NCBI GenBank assembly: GCA_008632985.1
Contig: QPGO01000221.1
Span: forward strand, 1-64,000
Origin: Psammoneis japonica
Lineage: Eukaryota
DNA: 64,000 nucleotides
Direction: 5' to 3'
Shown: in pieces, positions 33,486 to 44,400 of the stretch
How positions within the stretch are numbered: the first letter of the stretch is position 1
How the letters are laid out: the number at the start of each line of letters is the position of its first letter
The notes under the pieces: model-generated
Database searches by the model: none
What the model was told of the DNA's origin: nothing
Seen by the model: the letters and a program-made list of their open reading frames with translations, nothing else
Translations under genes and position numbers: made by a program

Positions 33486-35120
33486 TTACTCGGCATCGTT
33501 GAGAGCGCCATTGAATATCTCCAAATGGTAGCCTCTCTTTGAGAGCTCTGTGCCATCGCTCGTCCGCACCATGTAAGAGTCATGCCCTGTCCTACGAACT
33601 ATCTCCACCACCTCATTCATTGCTTGTCCACGGGTTACACGATATTTGTCACCTGCGTTGAACATCTTTCGCGCATTGTTGCGGCTGCGGGAGCCACGGA
33701 CAGCTGTCGCAGGGACAGCATTTGGTGTGGCAGTAGTGGTGGCATTGTTGTGTCCGCGGGAGCCACGGACAGCTTGCATGGGTGCTACTTTCAAAGCTTC
33801 AATGGTTGCCTTGTATTCTTCCTTTCGCATCATGAGTTCTTCGTCACGTCGCTTTGCTTCTTCTTTTCGCATCTGGAGGTCTTCCTTTTTAAGCTTGACT
33901 CTTTCAGCAAGAATGGTAGCGATACGATCAAAGGAAGTCGTTACGTTGGCATTCGATCCCGATTGGTCCAACATGTGCTTTTGGAAGATTCTGGCAAGCT
34001 CTGGCGACGAACAGGCATCGTCAGAATTGCCCTGCAGGACAGCACCAAAAGGAGGACGAAATACAATGCTTGAGACAAATGGGATCTTTCCTCTTGGCAA
34101 TTTGAAGGAACGCGTAATACTCACCTCCGCTACGGTTTCCGGGGGCAGCCTTGGCAGACTACTCACAACAGCAGTTTCATCCTTGAAAGTGTCCTCGCCG
34201 GGGTTGATGGACTTGAGAGTAGGACGAGGTGAGGACTGGTTCTTGCTATACTTCTTGAGAAACTCTTCACGCTCCTCTTCTTGCAGGAGAATGAATTTTT
34301 CCCAAAGAAACCCCACAAGCTTGCCATTGGATGCAGCGACTTTCTTCGCGAGGTGAGCCACAAACTTTTTTCGATTTTTAGACTTCGCACGTCGGTCATG
34401 AAGGACATATTCTAGCCTCAACTTGTCAACAACAGGCCCCAAATCGTTTGGATCTTGAACCACTAGAAAGCGCTTGCCGACATCGTTTTCACATTTGTCG
34501 CCATGGAACATGAGGACCGGTGGAGAGTCCTTGGGAGTATGTAGTTTCCAACCGTTGGTTTTGAAGTAAAAGTCCTTGCCGTACAACTTGAACATTTTTT
34601 CGTTTTCGCTTAGCGCTTCGATTGCTTTATCCATGACGTCTTGGGTGAGGATCTTGAAGTTTCGGTAAAGATACTCTCCCCGATCCTGGTTTGGCACGTC
34701 CTCGTCAGGAAAGATGGCGGTGAAAGAACACTGTCCATAAAAACAAACAATGCGATACAAGTAATGATGAGCAAAAGATGGACGTACTGGTACGCGTAGA
34801 AAAGATACTGAGTTCAACCATCTCACCTTTCTTTCCTCGGTAGCACTTGGTGATTCGGTTTCAACCACAGCACCAACAGAACGCGGCGAATCGTTGTTGA
34901 ACGGCTGCTCTACGCCAGCGAAATGAGGGGAAGCGAACTCATCCTCGGTATTATTCGAACGCAGAGATGCAAGCTCGTCGGCGGTGTTGTTTGAACGCGG
35001 AGAGAAAAACTCGTCGCCGGAAGAATGCGGCGATCGCAATCCCTCCGAGTCGCTCCCGTCGTTGTTCTTATCGTTGGCTCCGCCAGTCACTGCGGAGAGA
35101 GCGCCTTTGGAGAAGTTCAT
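33486..35120 (-). CDS. Family-X protein, intact copy: acidic/Ser-Pro N-terminus, globular middle, coiled coil, C-terminal KOW/SH3-like domain. Two predicted introns (34731-34826 and 34032-34124)
   Basis: 544-codon ORF with normal Tyr content. GTGAGA...ACAG and GTGAGT...GCAG introns. C-terminus FNAGDKYRVTRGQAMNEVVEIV...YMVRTSDG. Confidence 0.8.
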   Translation of the reverse strand: MNFSKGALSAVTGGANDKNNDGSDSEGLRSPHSSGDEFFSPRSNNTADELASLRSNNTEDEFASPHFAGVEQPFNNDSPRSVGAVVETESPSATEERKVRWLNSVSFLRVPVRPSFAHHYLYRIVCFYGQCSFTAIFPDEDVPNQDRGEYLYRNFKILTQDVMDKAIEALSENEKMFKLYGKDFYFKTNGWKLHTPKDSPPVLMFHGDKCENDVGKRFLVVQDPNDLGPVVDKLRLEYVLHDRRAKSKNRKKFVAHLAKKVAASNGKLVGFLWEKFILLQEEEREEFLKKYSKNQSSPRPTLKSINPGEDTFKDETAVVSSLPRLPPETVAEVSITRSFKLPRGKIPFVSSIVFRPPFGAVLQGNSDDACSSPELARIFQKHMLDQSGSNANVTTSFDRIATILAERVKLKKEDLQMRKEEAKRRDEELMMRKEEYKATIEALKVAPMQAVRGSRGHNNATTTATPNAVPATAVRGSRSRNNARKMFNAGDKYRVTRGQAMNEVVEIVRRTGHDSYMVRTSDGTELSKRGYHLEIFNGALNDAE

Positions 35121-35229
35121 CCTGTTAATGATATCGATGCAACGTCAAATGTTGTCAATGCTGTTGAGTCGGGTTGAGTTGTGACGGTTGCGATGCGAAT
35201 GCTTTTGCGACGCGCTGCGATATTCGAGT

Positions 35230-35402
35230 TTCCGTAGAACCAACGTGACTTTATGTACCACAAAGTCGATTCTCCGTAGAATCAAGTAGTGTTTCTACTG
35301 TACACGCCCAACGGATCTTTTTCGATTTCGGCGCGTGCGCGCGTATGCGCGTCTTTCAAATTCCTGTCCCGCCAAAAACATCTCACGCGACGTCATCATT
35401 TC
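35230..35402 (-). promoter_or_regulatory. Family-X upstream module, copy 3
   Basis: ttcaaa (35355-35360) and tcccgccaaa (35367-35376). Homology to the other copies ends abruptly at about 35402. Confidence 0.6.
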
Positions 35403-35889
35403 GAAACCGAGGCGGATTTACCTTGGTGGCACCAGTAGTATTCCAATTCGGGAAGAGGTTGCTGGGCTGTATCCGATTGGGGTGCAATGAAGGGACTATG
35501 AAAAGCACGGTAAAGGAATGTGCCAAAGAAGCATAAGAGAGTTTCATGGGGAACAAGGATTTGACGAGCTGACAACTCAATCACGACGGACGACAAGCTC
35601 AAATTATACAGGCAGCTTATTTCGAAAACAGCTCACGCAAGATTCGGAGCAGTTACAGACAAGTACAAAGAGGACAATACAGGACATGATGCAAAAGGCT
35701 CGTCAGACGTTGCATTCCAACTGAATCTCAGAACGCAAGTCAAAAAGTCAAGCGTCGAGGTCACCAGTAACTTATAAACACGTCCAGTTCAATCATTCTC
35801 ATCTTTCTCGAAAAAGGTCCCTGCTCCAGATTGCAAGATCCACCTTGGTACGGTTTCGGTTACTTACTGTAAAGATTTTGCTCAAGTAA

Positions 35890-36690
35890 CTACCAACTCG
35901 TACCGGTACGCAGAGGGTCGTGAAAGCAATAACTACTGTGAAGCAAAAGTTTCTTCTTTGCCCAAGCCGGCTGTGTTGATTCCGCTGGGGGTTCCACTTC
36001 TGCTGGGTGCTCTGTCGTATGGGCGAGTCTCGTCTTCATCCAAGACGGTTGCGTTGATTCTACTGCAGGCTCAACCTCGGCCTGGTGGTGTTCAGAAGCA
36101 GGCGCAAGTTTCTTTTTCATCCAAGGCTGAGGCGGCGTTGACTCTTTTGGAGAATCCACATGCTGTGGACTACTACTACTACTAGGAGGAGGATTCCACT
36201 TGTGTGCAACGCCACGTGGTGATTCTGATTTGGCAGGAGAAGGACTATACCGCTTTTGTTCTTCTTCCCTCTGTTCTTCACCTGCATCCTGTTGCTTTTG
36301 TTTCCAAAACGAAGACACACTCGAGCGTTTGGAAGGAACAGTCGTCGGTGATACTGGCTCTTCTCCTGCAGCTTGTTGCTGAGGAGATTTCTTTTGCGAG
36401 TTCCACTTGTTGTCGGCAACACGAATACTTGCAACTGTTTCCGCGTTTCCCCCCGAATCCCGTTTTCTCCAAATATCAATGACACTGGAGCGTTTCGGTA
36501 CGGCTTGTTCGATTTCTTCTGCTTCTTCTGGAATGGACTGTTGCGTATCATCGTCACCGTGACTGTCTGGTATGGAATGGTGATCCGGTATCGAATCATT
36601 CATGGCCCTTATGCGATCCTGAATCGACAACGAAGTCCATTCCTTTCGACTGTAGCCCGAACGTTGCGAGGCGTCATCAGCGTCAGACAT
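35890..36690 (-). CDS. Hypothetical low-complexity protein with repeated Trp-basic motifs, possibly a 5' gene fragment
   Basis: 266-aa ORF in TA-normal DNA with natural composition and recurring motifs (IWRKR, FWKQK, PWMKKK, SWMKTR, AWAKKK). Confidence 0.55.
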   Translation of the reverse strand: MSDADDASQRSGYSRKEWTSLSIQDRIRAMNDSIPDHHSIPDSHGDDDTQQSIPEEAEEIEQAVPKRSSVIDIWRKRDSGGNAETVASIRVADNKWNSQKKSPQQQAAGEEPVSPTTVPSKRSSVSSFWKQKQQDAGEEQREEEQKRYSPSPAKSESPRGVAHKWNPPPSSSSSPQHVDSPKESTPPQPWMKKKLAPASEHHQAEVEPAVESTQPSWMKTRLAHTTEHPAEVEPPAESTQPAWAKKKLLLHSSYCFHDPLRTGTSW

Positions 36691-37233
36691 TATGTGGAAA
36701 AGAATAATAGCTAGCTTTCAAAATTAACAACGAAAAGTACGCCAGCTGCTGTTGTTGCTGTTGTTGCGTTTCGTGGGTATGCTTTTATTTGCCAGCAAGA
36801 ACAACAGGCAACGACGTCGTGATGCGGATGCATGCATGCGGGTGAAGAACGGCATGTTCCGTCTTTTCGGCGTGCACACGACGCATGTTCATTCTGTGAT
36901 AGCGATATTTTTTGTCTATATACAAGGGTGAAGTTAGTTAAATGCATTGTCAATGGTACCGTTAAGTTTGGTCGTGAATCGCCTAAGTATAAACAATACT
37001 TAGAGAATGGTCTTCTAAATATAATCATATGACAAAATCATTTAGAAAAATACATGTATATAGAGGCAAATTCAATTTCAACGGGCGTAATACTCACATT
37101 CATGCGTGACAAAATATATTCGAACGGTTGTCCAAACGTCATTGTACGTTTGTCTTTGAAAAATGGCGGGAAAAATCTGTTCATTGTCTGTGTCAAATTG
37201 ATCAACGGGTCATTGAGTATTTGTATCTTGGTA

Positions 37234-38940
37234 CTTCCTCCGGTAAGCGATAATTGTCCACGAGGAAACACCGGGTTATTCTTTTTGGGCCGTACATCAT
37301 GGTACTGCTTCTACATATTTTTTGTTCACGCGCGACTTCGCGCAACCACTAAAACCTTCTCTCTAGAGTAGAGTTCGCTCTATTGAATCGCTTCTTTTCG
37401 CCCGACTACTGTATAAAATACCAATTTGATGCAACAGTAGGATAATATAGATACTCTAGTACCGATTCTAAGTGTATGCTATCAATTCTCTAGAGATTTC
37501 ACCTTCCAAAACAGCACTGCCAGTGCCTGCTCCAAGTGCGCCTCGGCATCGAATAGCTCCCGATTCTGTTCTAGCTCCGCCATGGGATACACTTCAGTAT
37601 CCTTCCATGATTAGTCCACATTATTCACCAACATTGAAAGTTCATTCTCACTCAAGAAATCTGCCGGATTGCACCCATCCCGAATGACATCCGGCGTCGT
37701 GCACCGCAGGTTCTGTTCCACCGGATCCAGGTGCTCAGTCACCTCAACTCCGGTGGGATTCTGCGTCTCTTCCGAGTCAGAAACACACTGAAAAAACTTC
37801 CGAATTCCACAGTGAAGTGATTGCGAATCCATTTCGAAATCATCACTCCCATCACACTCAAAAACAGCGTTCACCACTTGACTGTGGCACACCAACGACC
37901 GGGAGATGGTCCCCTCGGGATGGCGATCATAAACGCGACGAAAGGATGCCCACAGCTGCCCCCCCCTGCAAATGTCGACCACCTTTTTCAAGCCCTTGGT
38001 CTGCAGTGACCCTCTTAGCCATTGCTGGAAAGAAATGCAGGTGGGGAGTTTGGCGGTTGCGGTGCAAGCTCCCAACCGCGTTGAGCGAATTCACCATCAA
38101 CACCGGCCACGAGAACCGAATCAACATGCGGTGTTGCATCATCCCACTGGAACAAAAGATGTGCTCGCTTTCCCCTTGTTGTTGTTTCCCCTCTGAGCAA
38201 CTGCTTCCATCTTTGCCAACAGAATGACATGGACACAATCCCACGCGGATTTCGTTCCGTCCCCGAATTCGATGGTGCAACCTCCAATTCTGAAAATAAT
38301 CCTCGCCTTTGTGACGCAACAAATTCTCTGGGATCTTTGGACAGTGGAATGTTCTGATAGCCCCACATGCACGGCGATACGAATCCTTCTTTGCCTTCAC
38401 CTTTCCACCGGCACGAGCACAATCGACCTTGTGCGTGTGCCCCCCTCTCTGAGAATCGTTTTCGGCACGAGCAAACGCCACTGTCACAAATCCCCAAGAC
38501 CTCATCAACAGCCAATGATGTTGGAGAGAGTCTACTTGGAAAAACATCCACACTGAGTCTGTTGTTGACTGTGTGCCGCACATTCACTCGGCCATCGGCA
38601 GCGTTGAAACCCGTGACGAAGCCTGTTCCACCTTCACTGCGGTGCTGTCGGTCGTCCCGTGCGGTGTTCCGGCGGCACCTGCACCAATGCACCAACTGAG
38701 TGGTGCTTGGACTAAGTGGAGGAGGGTCCATGATATAGGGTATCGTCGTTGTGCGAAGTAGTGGTTGACGGCACGAGCGATCATCGTCGCTGCAGCGCTT
38801 CCATGTGATGTGATGCTTTGACGTGGGTCGTGGATGCTTTTCCCTCCGAGCCATTTTGAGTAGAAGCAGCACTACGATGTACGGCCCAAAAAGAATAACA
38901 CGGTGTTTCCTCGTGGACAATTATCGCTTACCGGAGGAAG
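37234..38940 (-). mobile_element. Tc1/mariner (plant-mariner-like) DNA transposon, apparently internally deleted
   Basis: 81-bp TIRs at 37234-37314 and 38860-38940, starting CTTCCTCCGG. Left TSD TA, right CA. Transposase remnants QWDDATPH, QPPNSP, FFPAMAKRV and LHCGIRKFF. Confidence 0.9.
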
Positions 38941-39059
38941 CATGATAGAAGTAGGAAGCAAACGCAAAACACAAAACACCTCTACGCCCTATGGTGCTCT
39001 TTGGAGGAGCCGCAGTGGTAGACCCTAAGAAAAAGAATTCTTCTATAAAATTACCAAAT

Positions 39060-41056
39060 CATTTTTGGACGCTTATGCCAAGCTCAAACCTGTTCTCAAT
39101 CATCCCGGATGTTTTCAGTTTATATTGATAATTGGAGCTGAAGGCAGAAAACGGAGTCCTGAGGCTGCAGCAGTCGACGCACAGCCCAGTGAAAGTTCTG
39201 AAGTGAAGACTGAACGGGCTAGATCGCCCACAACCGCCAGACCCTCGACACCAGTGGCACTCCACAGCACCAATATCCCCGTGATTGACCTGTTTAGCGA
39301 TTCAGAGGGGAACATTATTACAGAACGAGCCATGTATTATGTATTCCCAAGACCGACAGGGAGTGTGGCGCAGATGCTAGTGACAGCGAATAGGAAGAAT
39401 GCGGGGTTTATTGGTGGGACAACGTGGCAGCGGAAACAGGGCGGACAGACAAGCTGAAAATCGGAGAAAAGGTTGTCGTTTTCAGCAAGTGCTTGAAAAC
39501 GCTTGACTATCTGGATACGGTGTTGCAGAATAAATGGGAATTCCGATGAAAGACTCACGGTGGCTGGCGGAATCGAGAAACAAGGAATACTTGAGAATCG
39601 ACGGTAAGTTGTTGTGCGACCGAAAGCTTCTGTTGCGCTACTGTGATTTGTCTAACGTTTTACTGTGGTTGTCTGGATGAAAAGGCGCCGTGGATGCAAC
39701 TGAACGTGGCACCCTTGCCGATTCCTTCAATGATTCCAATGATGTGATCAGCACCAGCAACGTTCTTCTCATCTAAATTGATGGACTCGACCCGTTTTTG
39801 TGTACCGTTTCATCACAGAAGGCTCCATTTAGGAGAAAATATACTCACGGTCGGTGAACAAAGGTTGTTTGGTGGCAAGGGGGGGCTGATCAGCATGACC
39901 CTGATAACTGCTAATCGAACGAGAACTGCATGTTCAATGGCAGAGCGATCTGTGGGTTTGTAGCGACGACTGCAACAAATGGCGAATGCTCTCTCTCTCT
40001 ATAAGATGCAGCGGGCATTGTTGCTTGAACCCGGTCAAGGTAAATTGTGAGTTTTGTTCTTTGTCTTGTTTATCCTTTTATCTGTTCTAAGACTACCTGT
40101 TTGTCGCTTTTGCTTGTGAAGGCGAGCTCCACTTGCGACGCGGAGGAGGAACCGCAAGCCTGGTATGCTACATTTTGCTAGAAACGTTGACAGCAAGGAA
40201 AATGGGGCAGAATCTGCGGATACGCCCGCTGTAATGACGGGCGAGAAGAAGAATTCGTTAGTGGAACGTGACGAGACTCTTAGCCGCCTACTTTCATTTG
40301 GTTGTGGCGGATGTGCGAACGAAAAACGACAGCGACCAATGATTGACAAGCGCTACTTTTACGATACACTCCTAGAAGATCGAGGTAACCAGAACGATGA
40401 TAGTAGCAAGCCAAGATCTATTCCAAACGTTTCTATGCCTGCCGCTACGACAACCGCTCTTGAACCGTCGAATGAATCTGGCGTCTACAGTGAAAGCTCA
40501 GACTTGGCAAACGTGACTGAAGAGACAATGTTTGAGGCAGATGACTCGCTCTCTGTTCAGCAAGTCGACTCCACTTCTAATAAATCCGGCCATGCCAAAA
40601 TCACAAATGTTTCCAAAGCGGAGTCGGATGGCTCTGGGAACGATTCATCTCGACCTTTGGGACCCCGCCTGCCATAAGACACTGACATGAAACAAGAAAA
40701 CGTGACGAGAGAGTCGGATGGCACAACTGCAGCCCCAGTGCTTCGTCAGATTCCCGGTGAAGTAACAACCTTCAAAATTGCAGACAGAAGTTTGAATAGG
40801 CTCTGCCGTACCACCAAGCGGCTCCGAGGAGTGCCTTATTGCAGTCCTCTCGTATTCGGACTCCGATTGAATGAAACAATGAATGACGGATGAAGCTGCG
40901 TGGACGGGACTCTGCTGTGTGGTGTTTTTTTGTCTTGTGATGCGCTTCTATTAATATATGGAAAACATAGTAGCACCGCCTTTGGGCAATCAATACTGTA
41001 ATACAAAGTGCCTTCAGATTCCATCCAAAAAAAAAATCAATGTACCGTCATTACTA
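39060..41056 (+). pseudogene. SNF2/ATRX-like helicase C-terminal fragment plus downstream block, duplicate of about 62735-64000
   Basis: DAYAKLKPVLNHPGC, GEKVVVFSKCLKTLDYL, and EYLRIDG followed by GTAAGT. 40110-41056 is near-identical to 63060-64000. Confidence 0.8.
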
Positions 41057-41489
41057 ACAGCTGCGTTGAACTAGATAAAGTTCACTTCCATCCTGTGAAG
41101 TATATCTTAGTCATACTAGTAGTTGGCTCGGCAACTTATCAATCGTCGCAAATAATGCGATCCAACTTCGGAGGGAGGAAGCGACCATACTTGCGCCTAG
41201 AGTAGAGACTGCTTCCAGGCAGCCTTAACTGCGCATCCAAGGAAACGACATCAGCGCATGACATGTACTCGACGATTTTGTAAGTCAACTAGCTAGTCTA
41301 CATGGCTCGTCTACTCTCTAGTAGAGAGCTTCTACTCTTTCTCTCTAGAGAGAGGATGGATCTACTATGTGAGGACGGGCATTTACGGATCCTCGAACAT
41401 TTTGAAAAACCTGGATGTGTCGCACTGTTCTCCAAAATGAGTTTCCAGCGATGGAGGTCGAACTTTGTCAGGTTGCGAGACCAGACTCT

Positions 41490-44400
41490 AGAGCAGACAT
41501 GACAGAATGCTTGGACAATGACCGTGGCCGGTTTTTAGTCTATGTCCGTGTCTAAAAATGACAAACCCACAGGTCAGTGTCGCGGCTGGAGTCTGTGACA
41601 CCCTCGCTGCTGGCTGGCACTTGGTTGTTTGTGGTCTTGCTTTTTTGATGGAGAAGACGAGGTGTGGCGAGTTGTTCTTGTTTGTGAGTTTGCCCGTTTC
41701 CACCATGTCATTTGTGAGCTGGGTCCAAGACTGGTGGGTTGAGAGAACCAGCCATTTGCCATTTGCTGTGGATTTCTTGTTTTCTTGTTCTTGCAGGCGG
41801 CAAGGGCTTTGACAAGGTTGGATTCGACAAGCTGTTGGCTGCTTGGACGTTTGTCAAAATGATTGGTGTGGTGGATCCACAAGAGGTCAAATTTGCTGAG
41901 TTGGATGGCACTGCTGCAATCATCAATTTTCAGAAAGTGCCGGCATCAAGATGTGAGCCACAGCCTCCATGTCAGCACTGCAAGCAGAAGCAGTTTGGCC
42001 AAACAACCCACAGCATTTTTCATCGCAATTTTCACAGAACTCTTGACAATTTGACCTCAATCTAGAAAAAGGCAGACAGGCAATTGTGGGAGAAGTTGCT
42101 GCTGCTTGAAGCTTGACTTTGCATTGCTGCAGCAAGAGCCATCATGAGCGATGGTCTCTGTCTGCAGAGATGGTGGCAATTTGCCATGCATGGGCTCTCA
42201 TTGTTTGCTCATGACAAAGATTTGCAATGTCATTTTTTGTTTTTGTTGCCTTCAATGCCATTGTGAGCATGTGCCCACTGAATGTCAGTGGAGAGGCTTG
42301 AATCATGTGCAGGTTGCAAAAGGGACCCTGGAGATGCCTTGGAATCAACCTTTTCTAAGATCCTTCAGTTTTTTTTGTTTGTCTCTGAATTTTTCCAGAT
42401 CTGATGCCAAGGCTGTTTGGGCCAGCTCAAAAGCTTTGATTTCTGGAATGTGGAAAGCCGCCACACTGTCAGCAGGTTTCATTGATTGGGTGAGTGGATG
42501 CACAATGTTTGGCTGAGCAACTGCCAATGGGGTTGTTGCAGCCCATCAAATGCCACTTGTCAGCATTTCCTGGAAAGTTTTGGCTTGTCTCTTGTGAGAT
42601 GAGAGAGTGCTTTTTTGGCAAATGACAGTGGTTTTTCCCTCTTCACACATGGGCCTGACCTCAACCTTTGAGTCATCAAATGCACAGCTCTTGCTGCCAT
42701 CTGACAGCTCCAACAAGAGTTTGATGAACAGAAAAGTGCTTGGGAGTGTTCTGAGATGGGTGAAAATAAAATGGCAAAGCACTGGTGGCACATCACATGG
42801 GCTCTTAAAGGAGACAAACTCAACAGCATGACTGCGCATGATGTGTGCTGAGATCAGCTGAGATCAGCAGCCCAAACTGTTTGAAGTGAGACCTTGTGTT
42901 GCAACAAGTCACAAACAAATGATTTGCCAGTGCGGCAATTGTCTCCACTGACATTGAAGCAACAGAAGCATTGCGCATTTTTTGATGCACCATCAGCTTG
43001 TTTTGGAGCCTTGCAGGCAACACAGTCATCCAGCCCCATTTGTTGGCAGCAACACCTGACTTTGGTGCAGCCAGTCCAGAGCAAGTCAATTGTGTGCAAG
43101 ACTTGGGTGACAAACCTGTGGCTCCATCCTCCTGATTCTCAGCTTTGATCACAGGCTGGCGGAGCATTGAGAGTTTGCATCTTCCCCACTCTGTGAAGTT
43201 TCTCTGTGTTGCCAAGGTGTGGACATTTGCTGTGGCCTTCTCACAAAATTGTGTGCCATGTTCACCTTGTCAGCCCAGCTGGACCAGGCCATCAATTCTT
43301 TCTGCTGCACCAAAGTGCTGAGTGTTCAACACAACTCTGCAAAACAAGGGAAACCTCCCATGAGCCTGAAGAAGGTCCAACTGCTTTAAACAATTTGAGC
43401 TTGTCATGACCTTTCTTTGTGGCAGATGAACTGCCCTCCTTTGCTCAGCTGATGGTGTTGAATGCTGTCATCCTCCTCATCATGGCTCCCTGGTGGCCAC
43501 CAAGAAGAACATCAAAGTTTCAAGGCATGATGAAATTGGCATTGTTGGCTGGGGCTTTTACAACAACACCAGGGCAACAAATCAGCCATGATGAACATGC
43601 CAATGTCCCACAGACATGCCAGAGCATGACCACAATCACTGACAGACATGACCAAAACCACGCATGCTTTCTCTCCTCTGGCTGCACATTCCCATGCCAA
43701 CCAAAAACCATCCACAATTTGCTTCTTGTTGAGAGTCTCCTTTCAACTCTGACTTGAACAATCAACCAGCATGAGTCTGCAGCAATTGATGCATTCTAGC
43801 CCCAGGTGGGATTCCGCATGACAATGGGCTCACAGAAAGCCATGTGTGAGCTCCACACAAGAATTTCACCTGCCCCACACCATTCTCAAGACATTTGAGG
43901 GGGGTCATTGCTGCTGCTTTTCTCAGCTTGAATTTGACCAAATGGCTTGTGACTTGCATGGCTTTTCTTGATTTCACTGTGCTTTGCTGCAGCAAAAACA
44001 TCAAGCCACAAGTCTGTGATGTGGAGGTGGTCCTTCTGTCAACTCTCATCTGTTTTGTGGTTGTTGTGTGTCAAAGGTCACACAAACATCAAATGTTTGA
44101 GGATGGGCCACTGCAGCATGTTGAAGAAATGTCCAGATTGCTGTCATCATTGTGCTTCAATCATGGTGTCTGATGTTCTTGCATTTTTGTGGGAAACAGG
44201 TGTGAACGCAAGTGACTCAGTGCTCAGAAACAAAACTGCAAACAACAAACAACCTCACTCAAATGCCGTGTTGGCAACTCTGGGACAAACATGGAGGTGA
44301 GTGGCAGATGGCAAGTGCTGGATGGTGGAGAGTGGAGGATGGCAGATGGTGGATGGTGGGTTTCTGATGGTGGGGGCTGGATGGTGGGTTTCTGATGGTG

